NCBI GenBank assembly: GCA_963667175.2
Contig: CAXXXF010000015.1
Span: 160,001-224,000, forward strand
Direction: 5' to 3'
Origin: Candidatus Latescibacterota bacterium
GTDB lineage: Bacteria; Latescibacterota; UBA2968; GCA-2709665
DNA: 64,000 nucleotides
The first letter of the stretch is position 1, and each line of letters begins with the position of its first letter. A model generated the notes under the pieces. That model made no database searches, was not told the DNA's origin, and saw only the letters and a list, made by a program, of their open reading frames with translations. Positions 28,622 through 39,887 of this stretch are shown here, piece by piece. The position numbers were made by a program, and so were the translations under genes.

Positions 28622-29329
28622 ATGAACCCCTCACCCCTGAAATCTCTTCTCCTGCTCTCCGGCGGCATGGATTCCACCACCCTGCTATGGTGGATGCGGG
28701 ACCGCGGCATCTCGGAAATCCACACCGTTTCGGTCGACTATGGCCAACGCCACGCAGTCGAACTCGAATCCAGCGCGACGCTCTCCCGGATGGCCGGCGC
28801 GTCGTCCCACCGCTGTCTGAAACTCGACCTTCGGCAGATTGGCGGGAATCCGCTCACGGACACGGGACAGGCGGTTCCCGCAGCGAAGCAGAGTCGACAG
28901 ACGCTAACCGTTGTCTCTTTCCGCAACATGCTCTTCGTGACCCTGGCTGCCGCCTGGGCAGAGATGAAAGGTTGCAGAAATCTCTATCTCTCGCCGGTCC
29001 GGAATGACTTTGAGATTTACCGGGACTGCCGTCGAGAATTTTACGATATGCTTGAAAAGACCCTGTGCCTGGGCGCCACGCGGCCCACGGACTACCGGAT
29101 CCACACCCCGTTTGTGGAGAAATGGAAAGACGAAGTCGTGAGCATGGGGCTGAACCTGGGCGTGCCCTACGCCGAGACCCACACCTGCTACGAAGGCAGA
29201 CGCCCCGCCTGCGGCCGCTGCGACGCCTGCGTGGAACGCGTCGCCGCATTTCGCGCCAATCGCGCCGTGGATCCGCTGTCCTACGAAATCGAAATCGACT
29301 GGACAGGATCCTGGAAACCCCGTCGATAG
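28622..29329 (+). CDS. queC: 7-cyano-7-deazaguanine synthase
   Basis: SGGMDST, DYGQRH, FRNMLF, YRDCR, CYEG..ACGRCDAC. Confidence 0.9.
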   Translation: MNPSPLKSLLLLSGGMDSTTLLWWMRDRGISEIHTVSVDYGQRHAVELESSATLSRMAGASSHRCLKLDLRQIGGNPLTDTGQAVPAAKQSRQTLTVVSFRNMLFVTLAAAWAEMKGCRNLYLSPVRNDFEIYRDCRREFYDMLEKTLCLGATRPTDYRIHTPFVEKWKDEVVSMGLNLGVPYAETHTCYEGRRPACGRCDACVERVAAFRANRAVDPLSYEIEIDWTGSWKPRR

Positions 29330-29359
29330 GTGTCCTCGCGTGCCGTTTCTCCGGCCGGA

Positions 29360-30403
29360 CTACGCATTCTTCAGCGCCGTCACTGTTTCGATCAGGCGAC
29401 GGTCCGCGTTGTATCGTAGCTGCAGGATCTGGTCGAGTTGCTCAGGGCTGGCGTTTCCGGACGTCAGCTGATAGACCTCGAGTCTGTCCGCCAGCGCGTT
29501 CATGACCATATCGAGAAGGATGAGGTCCGAAGCGTCGTCCTCGACCATACACTCATCCGCCAGCACGCGCCGAACCACCTTCAGGCGATCCCGCAATGCT
29601 TCCTCGTCTATCTGCTCGACCTTGGACCGACTGACAAGGGGGGTGGAAAGCGTCGCCAGAAATCCTTCACTCAGATATTTGCGGGCTTTCTCTTCGGTCC
29701 AGGTGTCCGACAGGATTTCCACAACGGACTGCGGAATCCGATCGGCCCGATCCCGGTTTTCAGCAGACCCGCCGCCTTCGTTCTGCCGGCGCGGCTGTCG
29801 GCGCCGTCGCGTTCGGCGATGCTCCTGTGCGCCTCTGGACTGGGGCTCCGGCGTCCTTTCAGCCGGGGTATCGGACGGCGCGTCCGCCGCCGGTTCGGGA
29901 GGCGGCGGCGCAGGCTTCGTGGTCTCCGGCATGGCCTCGGCAACGGGTTCCCCGGCCTTCGCCGGCTCAGGGGACACCGTTTCTGTTGCCTCGGCTTCCG
30001 GAGGCGCCGCGGCACTGTCAGCTTCTTTTTCGGTTTGACTCTGCTGCTTGTCGTCCGCTTTCGCCCGTGTCGTGCGCTTCGTGGACTTTGTCGATTTCCG
30101 GGGCCGTTTCGCGGGCCGCCGCGAAATCACGCGTTTCTCGGAAACATCCGCCGTTTTCTCGGCTGACTGACCTGTATCTTCCTGGGGGGCGGCTTCGGTC
30201 TCCTTACTCTCTTCCTCCGCCGGCGCCGTGCGGCTTCGAGTCGTTCTCTTCGGTTTCTTGCTGCCGCTCCGGGTACGCTTGGCGGGCCGCCGCGAGACCA
30301 CGCGTCTTTCGGAATCCCTGACGTCTTCCTTCTTCTCCGTGCCCGAGGCTTCCGATACGGGTTGATCATTCTCCCCGGAAGGAGAATCCTGAATAACGTC
30401 CAT
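29360..30403 (-). CDS. Hypothetical protein: long disordered basic/acidic N-terminus with two repeats, helical C-terminal domain
   Basis: GGAGG RBS before ATG 30403; repeats SERRVVSRRPAKR..KRTTR / SEKRVISRRPAKR..KRTTR. Confidence 0.7.
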   Translation of the reverse strand: MDVIQDSPSGENDQPVSEASGTEKKEDVRDSERRVVSRRPAKRTRSGSKKPKRTTRSRTAPAEEESKETEAAPQEDTGQSAEKTADVSEKRVISRRPAKRPRKSTKSTKRTTRAKADDKQQSQTEKEADSAAAPPEAEATETVSPEPAKAGEPVAEAMPETTKPAPPPPEPAADAPSDTPAERTPEPQSRGAQEHRRTRRRRQPRRQNEGGGSAENRDRADRIPQSVVEILSDTWTEEKARKYLSEGFLATLSTPLVSRSKVEQIDEEALRDRLKVVRRVLADECMVEDDASDLILLDMVMNALADRLEVYQLTSGNASPEQLDQILQLRYNADRRLIETVTALKNA

Positions 30404-30534
30404 ATACCTCCCTTCGAGCCGTAAACGTCGCGTCACATGCGAATTCGTCCACAACCCTCCACAATGTTGAATCCGACCGAAAACATCAAGCGAGTCCGAT
30501 AATATAAGCAAATGTTATCTTCGTTTACCAGATG

Positions 30535-30563
30535 AAAAAGGGTCGGCCAGTATCGGCCGACCC
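30535..30563 (-). terminator. Intrinsic terminator of groESL
   Basis: Minus strand GGGTCGGCC-N6-GGCCGACCC-TTTTT. Confidence 0.7.
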
Positions 30564-30594
30564 GTCTACTTCCGCGGGATGTTTCGGTCGTGGA

Positions 30595-32220
30595 TTAGTG
30601 ATGTTCGTGGCCGTGACCCGGTGGTGGCTCCTTTTCCTCTTCCGGGACTTCCGTGACAAGCGTTTCCGTTGTCAGCAGAAGCCCGGCGATGCTGGCCGCG
30701 TTCTCAACTGCAGAACGCACAACCTTGGTGGGATCGGCCACGCCCGATTCAATCAGGTCTTCGTAGGTTTCGGTGAGCGCGTTGAATCCGAAAGCGCCTT
30801 CTCCCTCGATGACCCGCTGCACAACGAGGCTGCCCTCGTGGCCCGCGTTATCGGCAATCTTTCTCAGTGGCGCCTCCAGTGCCTTGCCCAGAAGGTCCAC
30901 ACCTGTCTTCTGGTCGCCGCGAACCCGGCTGCGAACCTTATCCAGCGAAGGAATGCACCTCACGAGGGCCACACCGCCGCCAGGCACGATTCCCTCCTCA
31001 ACAGCCGCCCGGGTCGCGTGCAGAGCATCTTCCACTCTCGCCTTTTTCTCCTTCATCTCGGTTTCGGTCGCAGCGCCGACGTTTACCACCGCCACGCCGC
31101 CGGCGAGCTTGGCGAGTCGCTCCTGAAGTTTCTCCCGGTCATAGTCCGAGGTGGTTTCCTCTATCTGCAAGCGAATCTGGCTGACCCGCCCCTGGATGTC
31201 GTCGGTGGCCCCGGCGCCCTCCACGATCGTCGTATTGTCCTTATCGATGACGATTCGCTTGGCCTGCCCCAGGTCGTCGAGCTGTATATTCTCCAGCTTG
31301 ATTCCCAAATCTTCGGAAATCACCCGGCCGCCGGTGAGAATAGCGATATCCGCAAGCATTTCCTTCCGACGGTCGCCGTACCCGGGAGCCTTTACCGCTG
31401 CCGCTTTGATGGTCCCCCGAACCTTGTTCACGACAAACGTCGCCAGCGCCTCACCCTCCACGTCTTCGGCGATTACCAGGAGCGCCTTGCCGGCTTGCGC
31501 AGTTTTCTCCAGCAAGGGAAGAAGATCTTTCATATTGGAAAGCTTTTTCTCGTAGATCAGCAGATACGCGTCTTCCAGAATCGCTTCCATGTCGTCCTGG
31601 TCGGTCACAAAATACGGCGAAATATATCCCCGATCGAATTGCATGCCCTCCACCACGTCCAGCGTGGTTTCGATCGATTTTGCTTCCTCGACGGTTATCG
31701 TGCCGTCTTTGCCTACCTTCTCCATCGAATCGGCGATAATTTCTCCTATGCTGCTGTCGTTATTGGCAGAGACCGTCGCCACCTGCGCGATTTCCTTACG
31801 GCCCGTGACCTCCTGGGACTGTGCCCTTAGCGCGTCGGTCACGTCCCTGACACCCTCGTCGATTCCCCGCTTGATGTCCATGGGGTTTGCGCCGGCCGTC
31901 ACGTTCTTGAGCCCATCGCGATAGATGGCTTCCGCAAGGACTGTGGCAGTGGTGGTGCCGTCGCCCGCAACGTCGGACGTCTTGGAAGCGACCTCTTTCA
32001 CCATCTGGGCGCCCATGTTCTCATAGGGATCGGGCAGCTCGATCTCTTTGGCCACCGTCACACCGTCCTTTGTAACCGTTGGCGAGCCCCATTTCTTGCC
32101 GAGAACGACGTTCCGGCCGCGCGGGCCCAGCGTCGCTTTAACGGCTTTGCTCAGGATGTCCACGCCGTCGAGAACCTTTGACCGGGCGTCTATCCCGTAG
32201 CTCAGTTGCTTGGCTGGCAT
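30595..32220 (-). CDS. groEL: Chaperonin GroEL with His-rich C-terminus
   Basis: [30 protein letters not shown]; true start MPAKQL at 32220; ends GHGHEHH. Confidence 0.97.
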   Translation of the reverse strand: MPAKQLSYGIDARSKVLDGVDILSKAVKATLGPRGRNVVLGKKWGSPTVTKDGVTVAKEIELPDPYENMGAQMVKEVASKTSDVAGDGTTTATVLAEAIYRDGLKNVTAGANPMDIKRGIDEGVRDVTDALRAQSQEVTGRKEIAQVATVSANNDSSIGEIIADSMEKVGKDGTITVEEAKSIETTLDVVEGMQFDRGYISPYFVTDQDDMEAILEDAYLLIYEKKLSNMKDLLPLLEKTAQAGKALLVIAEDVEGEALATFVVNKVRGTIKAAAVKAPGYGDRRKEMLADIAILTGGRVISEDLGIKLENIQLDDLGQAKRIVIDKDNTTIVEGAGATDDIQGRVSQIRLQIEETTSDYDREKLQERLAKLAGGVAVVNVGAATETEMKEKKARVEDALHATRAAVEEGIVPGGGVALVRCIPSLDKVRSRVRGDQKTGVDLLGKALEAPLRKIADNAGHEGSLVVQRVIEGEGAFGFNALTETYEDLIESGVADPTKVVRSAVENAASIAGLLLTTETLVTEVPEEEKEPPPGHGHEHH

Positions 32221-32360
32221 TATGACCCTCCTGTTTTCGGTTGAGTTCGAACGCGCTAACGATTCGATGCCGGGGAGGCCGCGCCACCTTGCCCATTGGA
32301 CCTCCCATTCGTGCCCCGTTCGCCTCAGGACACGCAAAAACGCGGCGTTCCCGGCTCCTG

Positions 32361-32522
32361 GTGTTCTGTCCCGGAAATAAGTTGCCTGAATTCGGCCGTC
32401 GAGTCGCCCGGCTCGCAAGGCGCCAGAGCGCAGGCGACCTGGCCAGGTCGGCAAGCGTTGGCAACGCAGCGAGACGGGATGAATCGACGGAAGAATGGTG
32501 AGGTATTTTTGGGACAGGACAC
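32361..32522. mobile_element. MITE-like element family B, full-length copy between groES and groEL
   Basis: TIRs GTGTTCTGTCCC / GGGACAGGACAC (11/12); homologues at 12721, 15416-15633 and a degenerate one at ~45036. Confidence 0.75.
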
Positions 32523-32525
32523 TCG

Positions 32526-32816
32526 TTATTCCAGGATTCCCAGAATATCGTCTTCGGATGCAATGACGAGTTCCTCTCCGCCCACCTCCACCTCGGTCCC
32601 TGCAAATTGTCCGATCAGGACGCGGTTGCCCACGCTTACCGCAACCGGTACCGGATCGCCGGTCTTTTCGTTGACTTTGCCCGACCCCACCGCGACGACC
32701 TCGGCTTCGAGTGGTTTCTCCTTGGCTGTATCGGGAATAATGATGCCGCCCTGGACCTGTTCATCGGCTTCAATCCGCCGGAGAAGTACCCGGTCGGCCA
32801 GAGGCTTCACTGTCAT
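32526..32816 (-). CDS. groES: Co-chaperonin GroES
   Basis: [28 protein letters not shown]. Confidence 0.97.
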   Translation of the reverse strand: MTVKPLADRVLLRRIEADEQVQGGIIIPDTAKEKPLEAEVVAVGSGKVNEKTGDPVPVAVSVGNRVLIGQFAGTEVEVGGEELVIASEDDILGILE

Positions 32817-32882
32817 CAGGCCCTCCTTTGCAAGTATGCCGTTTACGTTAACCCCTTTATTAATATATGTTTTTTCGGATTA

Positions 32883-32909
32883 TTAGCACTCAGTACGGAA
32901 GAGTGCCAA
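32883..32909. promoter_or_regulatory. CIRCE element (HrcA operator)
   Basis: TTAGCACTC-N9-GAGTGCCAA upstream of groES. Confidence 0.9.
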
Positions 32910-33044
32910 CACAACAAATATACATGCTTTGATTTTGTCACGCAAGGATAAATTCTCTGAAAGCACAAAAAAGCGCATTACGTATCGCAATGCGCCCGGG
33001 ACCGAATTCCTGTTGCCGCCTGGTGACCGTCCGCGGTACACCTT

Positions 33045-33521
33045 CTACTGTATCGACCGACCCAGCAGCTTTTTCTTCCGGGCAATCCGTTTCTGCAGGT
33101 GTTCAATCTCAGCTTCCAGCAGTTCAGGACGGTCCATATCGTGGGTCTCTTCCGGCGGAGGCGGCTGTTCCGACGGGAGGGATGCATCTGCCCAGTCGTC
33201 GTACCCACCCGCCATTGAAATCACCCGCTCGTAGCCCAGTTCCTTCAGAGACTCCGCGGCCAGCAGAGAACGGACACCTCCGGCGCAATACACCACCACT
33301 TCCCGAAATTTGTCGGGGATCCTGGATTCGGCCTCGGCTTCAAGGCGTCCTCTGGGAATATGGACGGCCCCGTGCAAATGTCCGGACTCCCACTCGTCAA
33401 GGGCGCGCACGTCCAGCAGGACGGGGCTTTCGCCGCTATTCAGATGATGATGCACCTCCTGAACGCTCATTTCCGGAATCTCCCTGCGGGCTTCACTCAA
33501 CAGGTCATCTCGGGACTTCAT
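33045..33521 (-). CDS. Rhodanese-like domain protein with C-terminal coiled coil
   Basis: LLDVR..EW..GH..GAVHIP, YCAGGVRS, MAGGYDDW. Confidence 0.85.
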   Translation of the reverse strand: MKSRDDLLSEARREIPEMSVQEVHHHLNSGESPVLLDVRALDEWESGHLHGAVHIPRGRLEAEAESRIPDKFREVVVYCAGGVRSLLAAESLKELGYERVISMAGGYDDWADASLPSEQPPPPEETHDMDRPELLEAEIEHLQKRIARKKKLLGRSIQ

Positions 33522-33593
33522 TGCCTCTGAGCTCCTATTCTCGTTCGGGTGTGATTTCGTGCCGGGCTGCAACGGCGCCGCCGCCGTGGTTCC

Positions 33594-36500
33594 TCAGGCG
33601 GGTACCCGACCCGGCTGACCGTGACATTTCTTGTATTTCTTTCCGCTTCCGCACGGACATGGGCTGTTCCTGCCCACCTTCTGCACCCGTACCGGACGCT
33701 GTCTGGGCGGCCCCCCTTCCGACGCGCTGGTGGCGGTATCGGCCACCGGCGACGCCGCGACGCCAACGTCAAACCCCATGCCGGTGGCATCCCGATGCAC
33801 GAGCGAGACCTGCTGTGGCTGGCGGCTTCCGGGCCTTGTCATTTCCTCTTCGACGGGGATTCGAAACAGCGTTTTCAGTGTTTCCCGGTTGATCTCGTCC
33901 AGGAGATCGATGAACATCTGAAACCCTTCACGCTTGTATTCGATCAGCGGGTCCTTCTGACCGTATCCGCGCAGGCCGATGCCCTCCTTAAGGTCGTCCA
34001 TTTCCCTGAGGTGGTCCTTCCACTTTTCGTCGGTTACCCCCAGGTAGACCATCCGCTCGATTTCCCGCATCCTTCCAGTGCCAATCAGGCTCTCGCGTCG
34101 CCGATATGACGCCCTGATCCCATCGAACAACCTCTCCCGGAATCCGTCTTCTTTAAGCTCGGGCAACGTCTCCGGTGGCACTTCCGGGACCTGAAGGAAT
34201 ATCTGGCGCAGGTCGCGATAGAGTCCGTCAAGGTCCCAGTCATCCTGGGTGCCTTCATCCGGAAGATGGCTCCCGAAAGAGGCGTTTACCACCTCCTCCA
34301 TCTCTTCCTCGATCTGTTCGTAGATATTGTGTTGCTCCAGCGCGTGGCGCCGCCGGTCATATACGACCTCCCGCTGCTGGTTCATCACGTCGTCGTATTC
34401 GAGCAGATGTTTGCGTACCTCGAAGTTCCGCGCTTCCACGCGTTTCTGCGCCCGCTCAATGGATCGGGTGACCATCCGGTGTTCGATCACCTCGCCCTCT
34501 TCAGCTCCCAGCCGGTCCATGATCCGGGCGATCCGTTCGGATCCGAAGAGCCGCATCAGATCGTCTTCCAATGAAATGAAAAACCGGGAATTTCCGGGGT
34601 CGCCCTGTCGCCCCGCACGCCCCCTGAGCTGCCGGTCTATTCGCCGCGCCTCGTGTCGCTCGGTTCCAATGATGTGTAATCCGCAGGGCACTTCCTCCCG
34701 GCAACGATATTCCTCCAGGTGCGGGCACAGCGTGCCGTCGCCATCGGCGCCCGGTATCAGCGCGCATTGATGGTCTTCCGGCGCCTTGACGACGCCGTCA
34801 CCCAGCTTGATGTCCGTCCCACGACCCGCCATATTGGTCGCAATGGTCACCGCTCCCGGCTGTCCGGCCCTTGCGACGATCTGGGCCTCCTGCTGGTTGT
34901 GGCGGGCGTTGAGCACCGAATGTCTGATGCCCTTGCGTTTCAACATGCGCGACAACAGTTCAGACACTTCGACGCTGATCGTGCCGACCAAAACGGGCAG
35001 GTTCTTGTGATTCAACCGCTCGATCTCATCCACGATGGCGTTGTATTTCTCCCGTTTGGTCCTGAAGATCAAGTCCTCCGAGTCGATCCGCCGCACGGGT
35101 TCGTTCGTGGGCATCACCACAACGTCGAGCTTGTAGATCTGGAACAGTTCCGCCGCCTCGGTCTCGGCGGTTCCGGTCATCCCCGCCAGCTTGTAGTACA
35201 GGCGGAAGTAGTTCTGCAAGGTGATCGTGGCAATCGTCTGGGTGTCCCGTTCCACCTTGACCCGCTCTTTCGCCTCCAGAGCCTGGTGCAGCCCGTCCGC
35301 GAACCGTCGACCCGGCTGGGGGCGTCCGGTGAATTCGTCCACAATAATCACCTGGCCGCCGTCCACGATATACCTTACATCCTTTTCGTATAGCGAATAG
35401 GCGACCAGTAGCTGCTGCACACTGTGAATCGCTTCGCTCTTGCGGGCGTAGTCCTGGTACGCGTCGTCCTGGGCTCTGGCCTTTTCGTCCGGCGGCTTCG
35501 AGTCGTCGGCTTCGATTTCGTGAAGGACTTCATCCAGATCGGGCAGAACAAAGTCGTCCGGCTTTCTGCTGATCTCAACGCGCCCCTTATCGGTCAGATC
35601 GATCACATGGCTCTTCTCGTCCACGCTGAAGTAGAGGTCCTCGTCAATCTCGCCCATTCGCTTGTCTCGAAGATAGTCCGCCTCAACCCGGCCGATGAGG
35701 CGTTTGATTCCCTCTTCCTGTAACAGCTTCATGAACCGGCGGTTCTTAGGCATGCCCCGCTGGACCTGAAGCAGCCGGATGCCGGCCTCGTATTCCTCCT
35801 CTTCGAGACGTTCCTCCGCTTCGTTCAACGTCCCTGTCACCACCCGCGTCTGCGCCCTGACCAGCCGCTCCACCAGCGGCCGCATCTCGTCGAACCGCTG
35901 GTTGTCGGCCTCCGCCACCGCGCCGGAGATGATCAGCGGCGTCCTCGCTTCGTCGATCAGGATGCTGTCGGCCTCGTCGATGATCGCGAAATAGTGTTCG
36001 CGCTGCATCAGATCTTCCGGGCGAACCGACATATTGTCATAGAGGTAGTCGAACCCGAACTGGTCCTTCGTGCCATAGATGATATCGGCCCGATAGGCTT
36101 CCTGGTGATCGCATTCCCGCAACCGGTACCCGCTCTGTCCATCCTCCTCCAGGCGATACGCCTCCGCCTCCATGGAGCGGTCCTGAATGATGCCCACGCT
36201 CATCCCGAGAAAGAGATACACGGGGCCAAGCCACATGGCGTCTCTCTTTGCCAGATAGGAGTTCACCGTTACGAGATGCGCGCCCCGTCCCGTCAATCCG
36301 TTCAGATAAAGCGGCAAACCCGCCACCAGCGTCTTGCCCTCGCCAGTGGCCATTTCTGCGATCTTTCCCTGGTGCAGCACGATGCCGCCGAGCAACTGCA
36401 CGTCGTAAGGCGCCATATCCCAGACGATGGTTTCCCCGGCCCGCTCCCACTGCTTTCCCTCCGCCTTGAAACGGCGGCACGTCTCTTTATAGACCGCATA

Positions 36501-36824
36501 TGCTTCAGGCAGTACTTCCTCCAGAGCCTCCGCCTCGACTTCCCTGGCTTCCTCCTCCAGTTCCGAGACTTCGTCCAGCAGCGAGGAACGATCCACTTCG
36601 TCCTCGCTCTTCAACTCCTCGCGCAGCCGATTCAGCCGTTCCGTATATTCGGCTGTCTCCTCGGTCAACCATTGTTTGAACTCAGCCGTCTTTTCGCGGA
36701 GATCCGCATCCGAAAGCGCGGCCAGAGACTCGCAATGCCCGTTTATCACTTCGACCGTCGGCCAGAGCTTCTTCAGGTCTCGATCGTACTTGGTCCCGAA
36801 AACTTTTTTGATCACACCCATCAT
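33594..36824 (-). CDS. secA: Preprotein translocase ATPase SecA
   Basis: MATGEGKT, IDEADSILIDEARTPLIISG, ATNMAGRGTDI, QLRGRAGRQGDPG, SEC-C CPCGSGKKYKKCH. Confidence 0.97.
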   Translation of the reverse strand: MMGVIKKVFGTKYDRDLKKLWPTVEVINGHCESLAALSDADLREKTAEFKQWLTEETAEYTERLNRLREELKSEDEVDRSSLLDEVSELEEEAREVEAEALEEVLPEAYAVYKETCRRFKAEGKQWERAGETIVWDMAPYDVQLLGGIVLHQGKIAEMATGEGKTLVAGLPLYLNGLTGRGAHLVTVNSYLAKRDAMWLGPVYLFLGMSVGIIQDRSMEAEAYRLEEDGQSGYRLRECDHQEAYRADIIYGTKDQFGFDYLYDNMSVRPEDLMQREHYFAIIDEADSILIDEARTPLIISGAVAEADNQRFDEMRPLVERLVRAQTRVVTGTLNEAEERLEEEEYEAGIRLLQVQRGMPKNRRFMKLLQEEGIKRLIGRVEADYLRDKRMGEIDEDLYFSVDEKSHVIDLTDKGRVEISRKPDDFVLPDLDEVLHEIEADDSKPPDEKARAQDDAYQDYARKSEAIHSVQQLLVAYSLYEKDVRYIVDGGQVIIVDEFTGRPQPGRRFADGLHQALEAKERVKVERDTQTIATITLQNYFRLYYKLAGMTGTAETEAAELFQIYKLDVVVMPTNEPVRRIDSEDLIFRTKREKYNAIVDEIERLNHKNLPVLVGTISVEVSELLSRMLKRKGIRHSVLNARHNQQEAQIVARAGQPGAVTIATNMAGRGTDIKLGDGVVKAPEDHQCALIPGADGDGTLCPHLEEYRCREEVPCGLHIIGTERHEARRIDRQLRGRAGRQGDPGNSRFFISLEDDLMRLFGSERIARIMDRLGAEEGEVIEHRMVTRSIERAQKRVEARNFEVRKHLLEYDDVMNQQREVVYDRRRHALEQHNIYEQIEEEMEEVVNASFGSHLPDEGTQDDWDLDGLYRDLRQIFLQVPEVPPETLPELKEDGFRERLFDGIRASYRRRESLIGTGRMREIERMVYLGVTDEKWKDHLREMDDLKEGIGLRGYGQKDPLIEYKREGFQMFIDLLDEINRETLKTLFRIPVEEEMTRPGSRQPQQVSLVHRDATGMGFDVGVAASPVADTATSASEGGPPRQRPVRVQKVGRNSPCPCGSGKKYKKCHGQPGRVPA

Positions 36825-36844
36825 AGCCGGTTATCCACCGTTTA

Positions 36845-37000
36845 GCAGCCCGTTGAAAAACTCCATCCGGTTTGCGTCCGGCCCCTGTGACCGAAAAACG
36901 GCGTTGCCTGCCTGTGCGTGTCCGCACGCAGACAGGCGCGCCTTGTCTTCGGCCACAATGGCTCGGCCTCGCCTGCAGAGCGACTTCCTCAACGGACTGT
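36845..37000. mobile_element. MITE-like element family A, copy 3 (nusB-secA spacer)
   Basis: GCAGCCCGTTGAAAAA...TCAACGGACTGT, TA-flanked; overlaps the nusB stop codon. Confidence 0.8.
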
Positions 37001-37434
37001 TAGCGACAATCCGCGTTCTCTGCCGTAATTCCCTGTTGCCTGACCAGCGCATCGAGAATGCCGTTGATAAACGTCGGCGCCTTCTCGACACTGTACCGCT
37101 TCGCGAGTTCAATGGCTTCGTTTATCGAGACCCTGAAGGGGATATTGTCGAATGCCAGCATTTCCGTAAGCGCCATCCACAACAGGATCCGATCGATTCT
37201 CGAGATGCGTTCCAACGCCCAGTTTCTGGATATCCCCTCGACCATCCGGTTCAGTTCTTCTTTTCTCGCCCAGGCCTCCCGGCCCAGCGCCCGCGCGAAT
37301 TCTGCCGCGTCGTCCGACAGTTCCGCGCGAAGCGCCATGGTATGAAGCGTCCGGTGCACGGGGTCCCCGGAACTCTCGCTCCAATATAGCGCCTGCAGCG
37401 CAACTTCACGGGCCTTTCGGCGCGAACCCGTCAT
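37000..37434 (-). CDS. nusB: Transcription antitermination factor NusB
   Basis: [33 protein letters not shown]; ATGA overlap with ribH. Confidence 0.95.
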   Translation of the reverse strand: MTGSRRKAREVALQALYWSESSGDPVHRTLHTMALRAELSDDAAEFARALGREAWARKEELNRMVEGISRNWALERISRIDRILLWMALTEMLAFDNIPFRVSINEAIELAKRYSVEKAPTFINGILDALVRQQGITAENADCR

Positions 37435-37910
37435 TCCTGGTCGTCGTCCCAGGACGCCAGCAGATTCGCCATCTCCAAGGCGCCCATGGCGGCCTCCCAC
37501 CCCTTGTTACCGGCCTTGTTTCCCGCCCTTTCGATTGCCTGTTCGACAGTGTCGGTGGTCAACACGCCGAAAAGACACGGCACGCCGGATTCCAGCCCTA
37601 CCGACGCGATCCCCCTCGAGACCCCGTTGGCCACGTAATCGAAATGGGGCGTACTCCCGCGAATCACGGCGCCCAGACAGATCACCGCGTCGTAACGTCC
37701 GCTGAGCGCCATTTTCTTTGCGATCAGCGGAATCTCGAAGGCGCCCGGAACCCAGGCCACGTCCACGTTTTCCGGATCGCCCCCGTGACGCGCCAGACAA
37801 TCCCTTGCGCCTTCCAGCAACTGCTTGCTGATCAGCGCATTAAAGCGACTCACCACAATACCGATGCGTTTGCCGCCCGCATGCAATCCACCATCAAGCA
37901 CTCTCGCCAT
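37431..37910 (-). CDS. ribH: 6,7-dimethyl-8-ribityllumazine synthase
   Basis: [26 protein letters not shown]. Confidence 0.95.
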   Translation of the reverse strand: MARVLDGGLHAGGKRIGIVVSRFNALISKQLLEGARDCLARHGGDPENVDVAWVPGAFEIPLIAKKMALSGRYDAVICLGAVIRGSTPHFDYVANGVSRGIASVGLESGVPCLFGVLTTDTVEQAIERAGNKAGNKGWEAAMGALEMANLLASWDDDQE

Positions 37911-39168
37911 ACGTTTCCTCCGGGCCGCCGTCGACCAACTTCAGATCTTCTTCACTGAACATGTGTCCCATTTTCTTCTTCTTGGTGCGCAAATACCGAA
38001 TGTTCCACGGCGTTGGATCGATTCTCACCGGTACCCGTTCCACAATCTCGATTCCATACGCCTCCAGTCCCACCCGCTTGGCCGGGTTGTTGGTGATCAA
38101 CCGCGCCTTCCTGATGCCCAGATCCAGCAGGATCTGGGCGCCGATGCCGTAATCGCGCTCGTCCATCTTGAATCCCAATTTCAGATTCGCCTCCACGGTA
38201 TCGTAGCCCTCTTCCTGCAGCTGGTACGCGTTGATCTTTTCGCGCAGGCCGATACCCCGGCCCTCCTGCCGCATGTAGACAACGGCGCCGCGACCCTCCC
38301 GCTCAATCAACTCGATCGCCGAGTGGAGGTTTGTGTTGCAGTCGCACCTGAGGGATCCGAAGGTGTCTCCCGTAAGGCACTCGGAGTGCATCCGCACCAG
38401 CACGGGATCGGCTGCCAAGAGGTCTCCCTTGGTCAGAGCCACGTGTTCACGCTGGTCGACTTCACTATCGTAGAGGCAAAGGTTGAAATCACCGAACTGC
38501 GTGGGGAGGCGCACGGTCCCCAGGCGTTCGACCAGTTTTTCCGATCGGCGGCGATACGCGATCAGATCGCGAATGGTAATAATCTTGAGGTCGAACTGCC
38601 GGGCCATTTCCGTCAGTTGCGGCAGCCGGGCCATCGTCCCGTCCGGATTCAATATTTCGCACAGTACGCCCGCGGGATAGAGGCCGGCCAACCTTGCCAG
38701 ATCCACGGTTGCCTCCGTGTGGCCCGCCCGGCGCAACACACCTCCGGGACGTGCAGACAGTGGGAAGACGTGTCCGGGTCTGGCGAAATCGGGCGCCCGG
38801 GCGTCCGCGTCGACAAACCGCCGTATGGTGACGGCTCGATCCTGCGCCGAAATCCCGGTGGTGGTGCCCTCGACCGCGTCGATACTCACCGTGAACGGCG
38901 TACCGTGCAACGCGGTGTTCCTGCCCACCATCATATCCAGTTCCAACTCCCGCAAACGCTCGGGCGTTGCCGGCAGGCAGACCAGACCACGCCCGTGAAG
39001 GGCCATGAAATTGATAATCTCGGGCGTGACCTTTTCCGCCGCGGCGATCAGGTCCCCTTCGTTTTCCCGGTCCTCATCGTCCACGACGATCACCAGTCTA
39101 CCCGCCCGAATATCGTCCAGCGCCTCTTCGATGGACGCAATTTGGAACCCGTTGTCGGTTTCAGACAT
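37894..39168 (-). CDS. ribBA: Bifunctional DHBP synthase / GTP cyclohydrolase II
   Basis: [40 protein letters not shown]. Confidence 0.95.
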   Translation of the reverse strand: MSETDNGFQIASIEEALDDIRAGRLVIVVDDEDRENEGDLIAAAEKVTPEIINFMALHGRGLVCLPATPERLRELELDMMVGRNTALHGTPFTVSIDAVEGTTTGISAQDRAVTIRRFVDADARAPDFARPGHVFPLSARPGGVLRRAGHTEATVDLARLAGLYPAGVLCEILNPDGTMARLPQLTEMARQFDLKIITIRDLIAYRRRSEKLVERLGTVRLPTQFGDFNLCLYDSEVDQREHVALTKGDLLAADPVLVRMHSECLTGDTFGSLRCDCNTNLHSAIELIEREGRGAVVYMRQEGRGIGLREKINAYQLQEEGYDTVEANLKLGFKMDERDYGIGAQILLDLGIRKARLITNNPAKRVGLEAYGIEIVERVPVRIDPTPWNIRYLRTKKKKMGHMFSEEDLKLVDGGPEETYGESA

Positions 39169-39202
39169 TGAATGCTGCTCCGGGAAAAAAGACGTTGAGA
39201 TA

Positions 39203-39874
39203 TCAAGTTCTGGGATTGTCGTCAAACCCTTCTCTTTCAGCAACGTATCCAATGGCCGGTACCGCGGGCAATTCGCCGTTATCCACGTGAGTTCCTGTTA
39301 GCCTCTCCAGGTACCGCGCAACCATGTCGACCTCCAGATTCACCGCGTCGCCGACCCGGCGTTCGCCGATCGTCGTCGCTTCCATCGTGTGCGGAATCAC
39401 CGCTACCGTGAAGTCACGCGCGCCCGCGGACACAACCGTCAGGCTGATTCCGTCCACGGCTATCGAACCTTTTCCGGCCACGAACCGGGCGAGTTCCGCC
39501 GGCATCCCGATCCGGAACGTGACGTTGTCCGCCCATCGCCGCCGCTCCTGCACCCGGCCCACGCCATCCACGTGTCCGGCCACCAGATGCCCGCCAAGCC
39601 GATCCGACAGCTTCAGCGACCGTTCCAGATTCACCCTGTCACCCGCTCTCAACCTCCCCAGGGTCGTTCGCTCCAGGGTCTCCTGGACGGACTCGAACGA
39701 GAACCCCCGCCGCCCCAGGTCGACAACCGTGTGGCAGGCGCCGTCGATCGAAATGCTATCGCCGATGGCGACGTCCGCCGGAACGCGGCTCGCTTCCAGC
39801 GCCGTGAGCTGATACCCCGCCCGTCTTCGAACGTCGCAAACCAGCCCCACTTCCTCGACGATCCCCGTAAACAT
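39203..39874 (-). CDS. ribE: Riboflavin synthase
   Basis: [38 protein letters not shown]. Confidence 0.95.
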   Translation of the reverse strand: MFTGIVEEVGLVCDVRRRAGYQLTALEASRVPADVAIGDSISIDGACHTVVDLGRRGFSFESVQETLERTTLGRLRAGDRVNLERSLKLSDRLGGHLVAGHVDGVGRVQERRRWADNVTFRIGMPAELARFVAGKGSIAVDGISLTVVSAGARDFTVAVIPHTMEATTIGERRVGDAVNLEVDMVARYLERLTGTHVDNGELPAVPAIGYVAEREGFDDNPRT

Positions 39875-39887
39875 CGACCCCTTCCTT

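Noticed and set aside
32221-32454. 78-aa N-terminal extension of GroEL in the ORF track
   Set aside because: It is an open frame through the family B MITE; the RBS and conserved start are at 32220.
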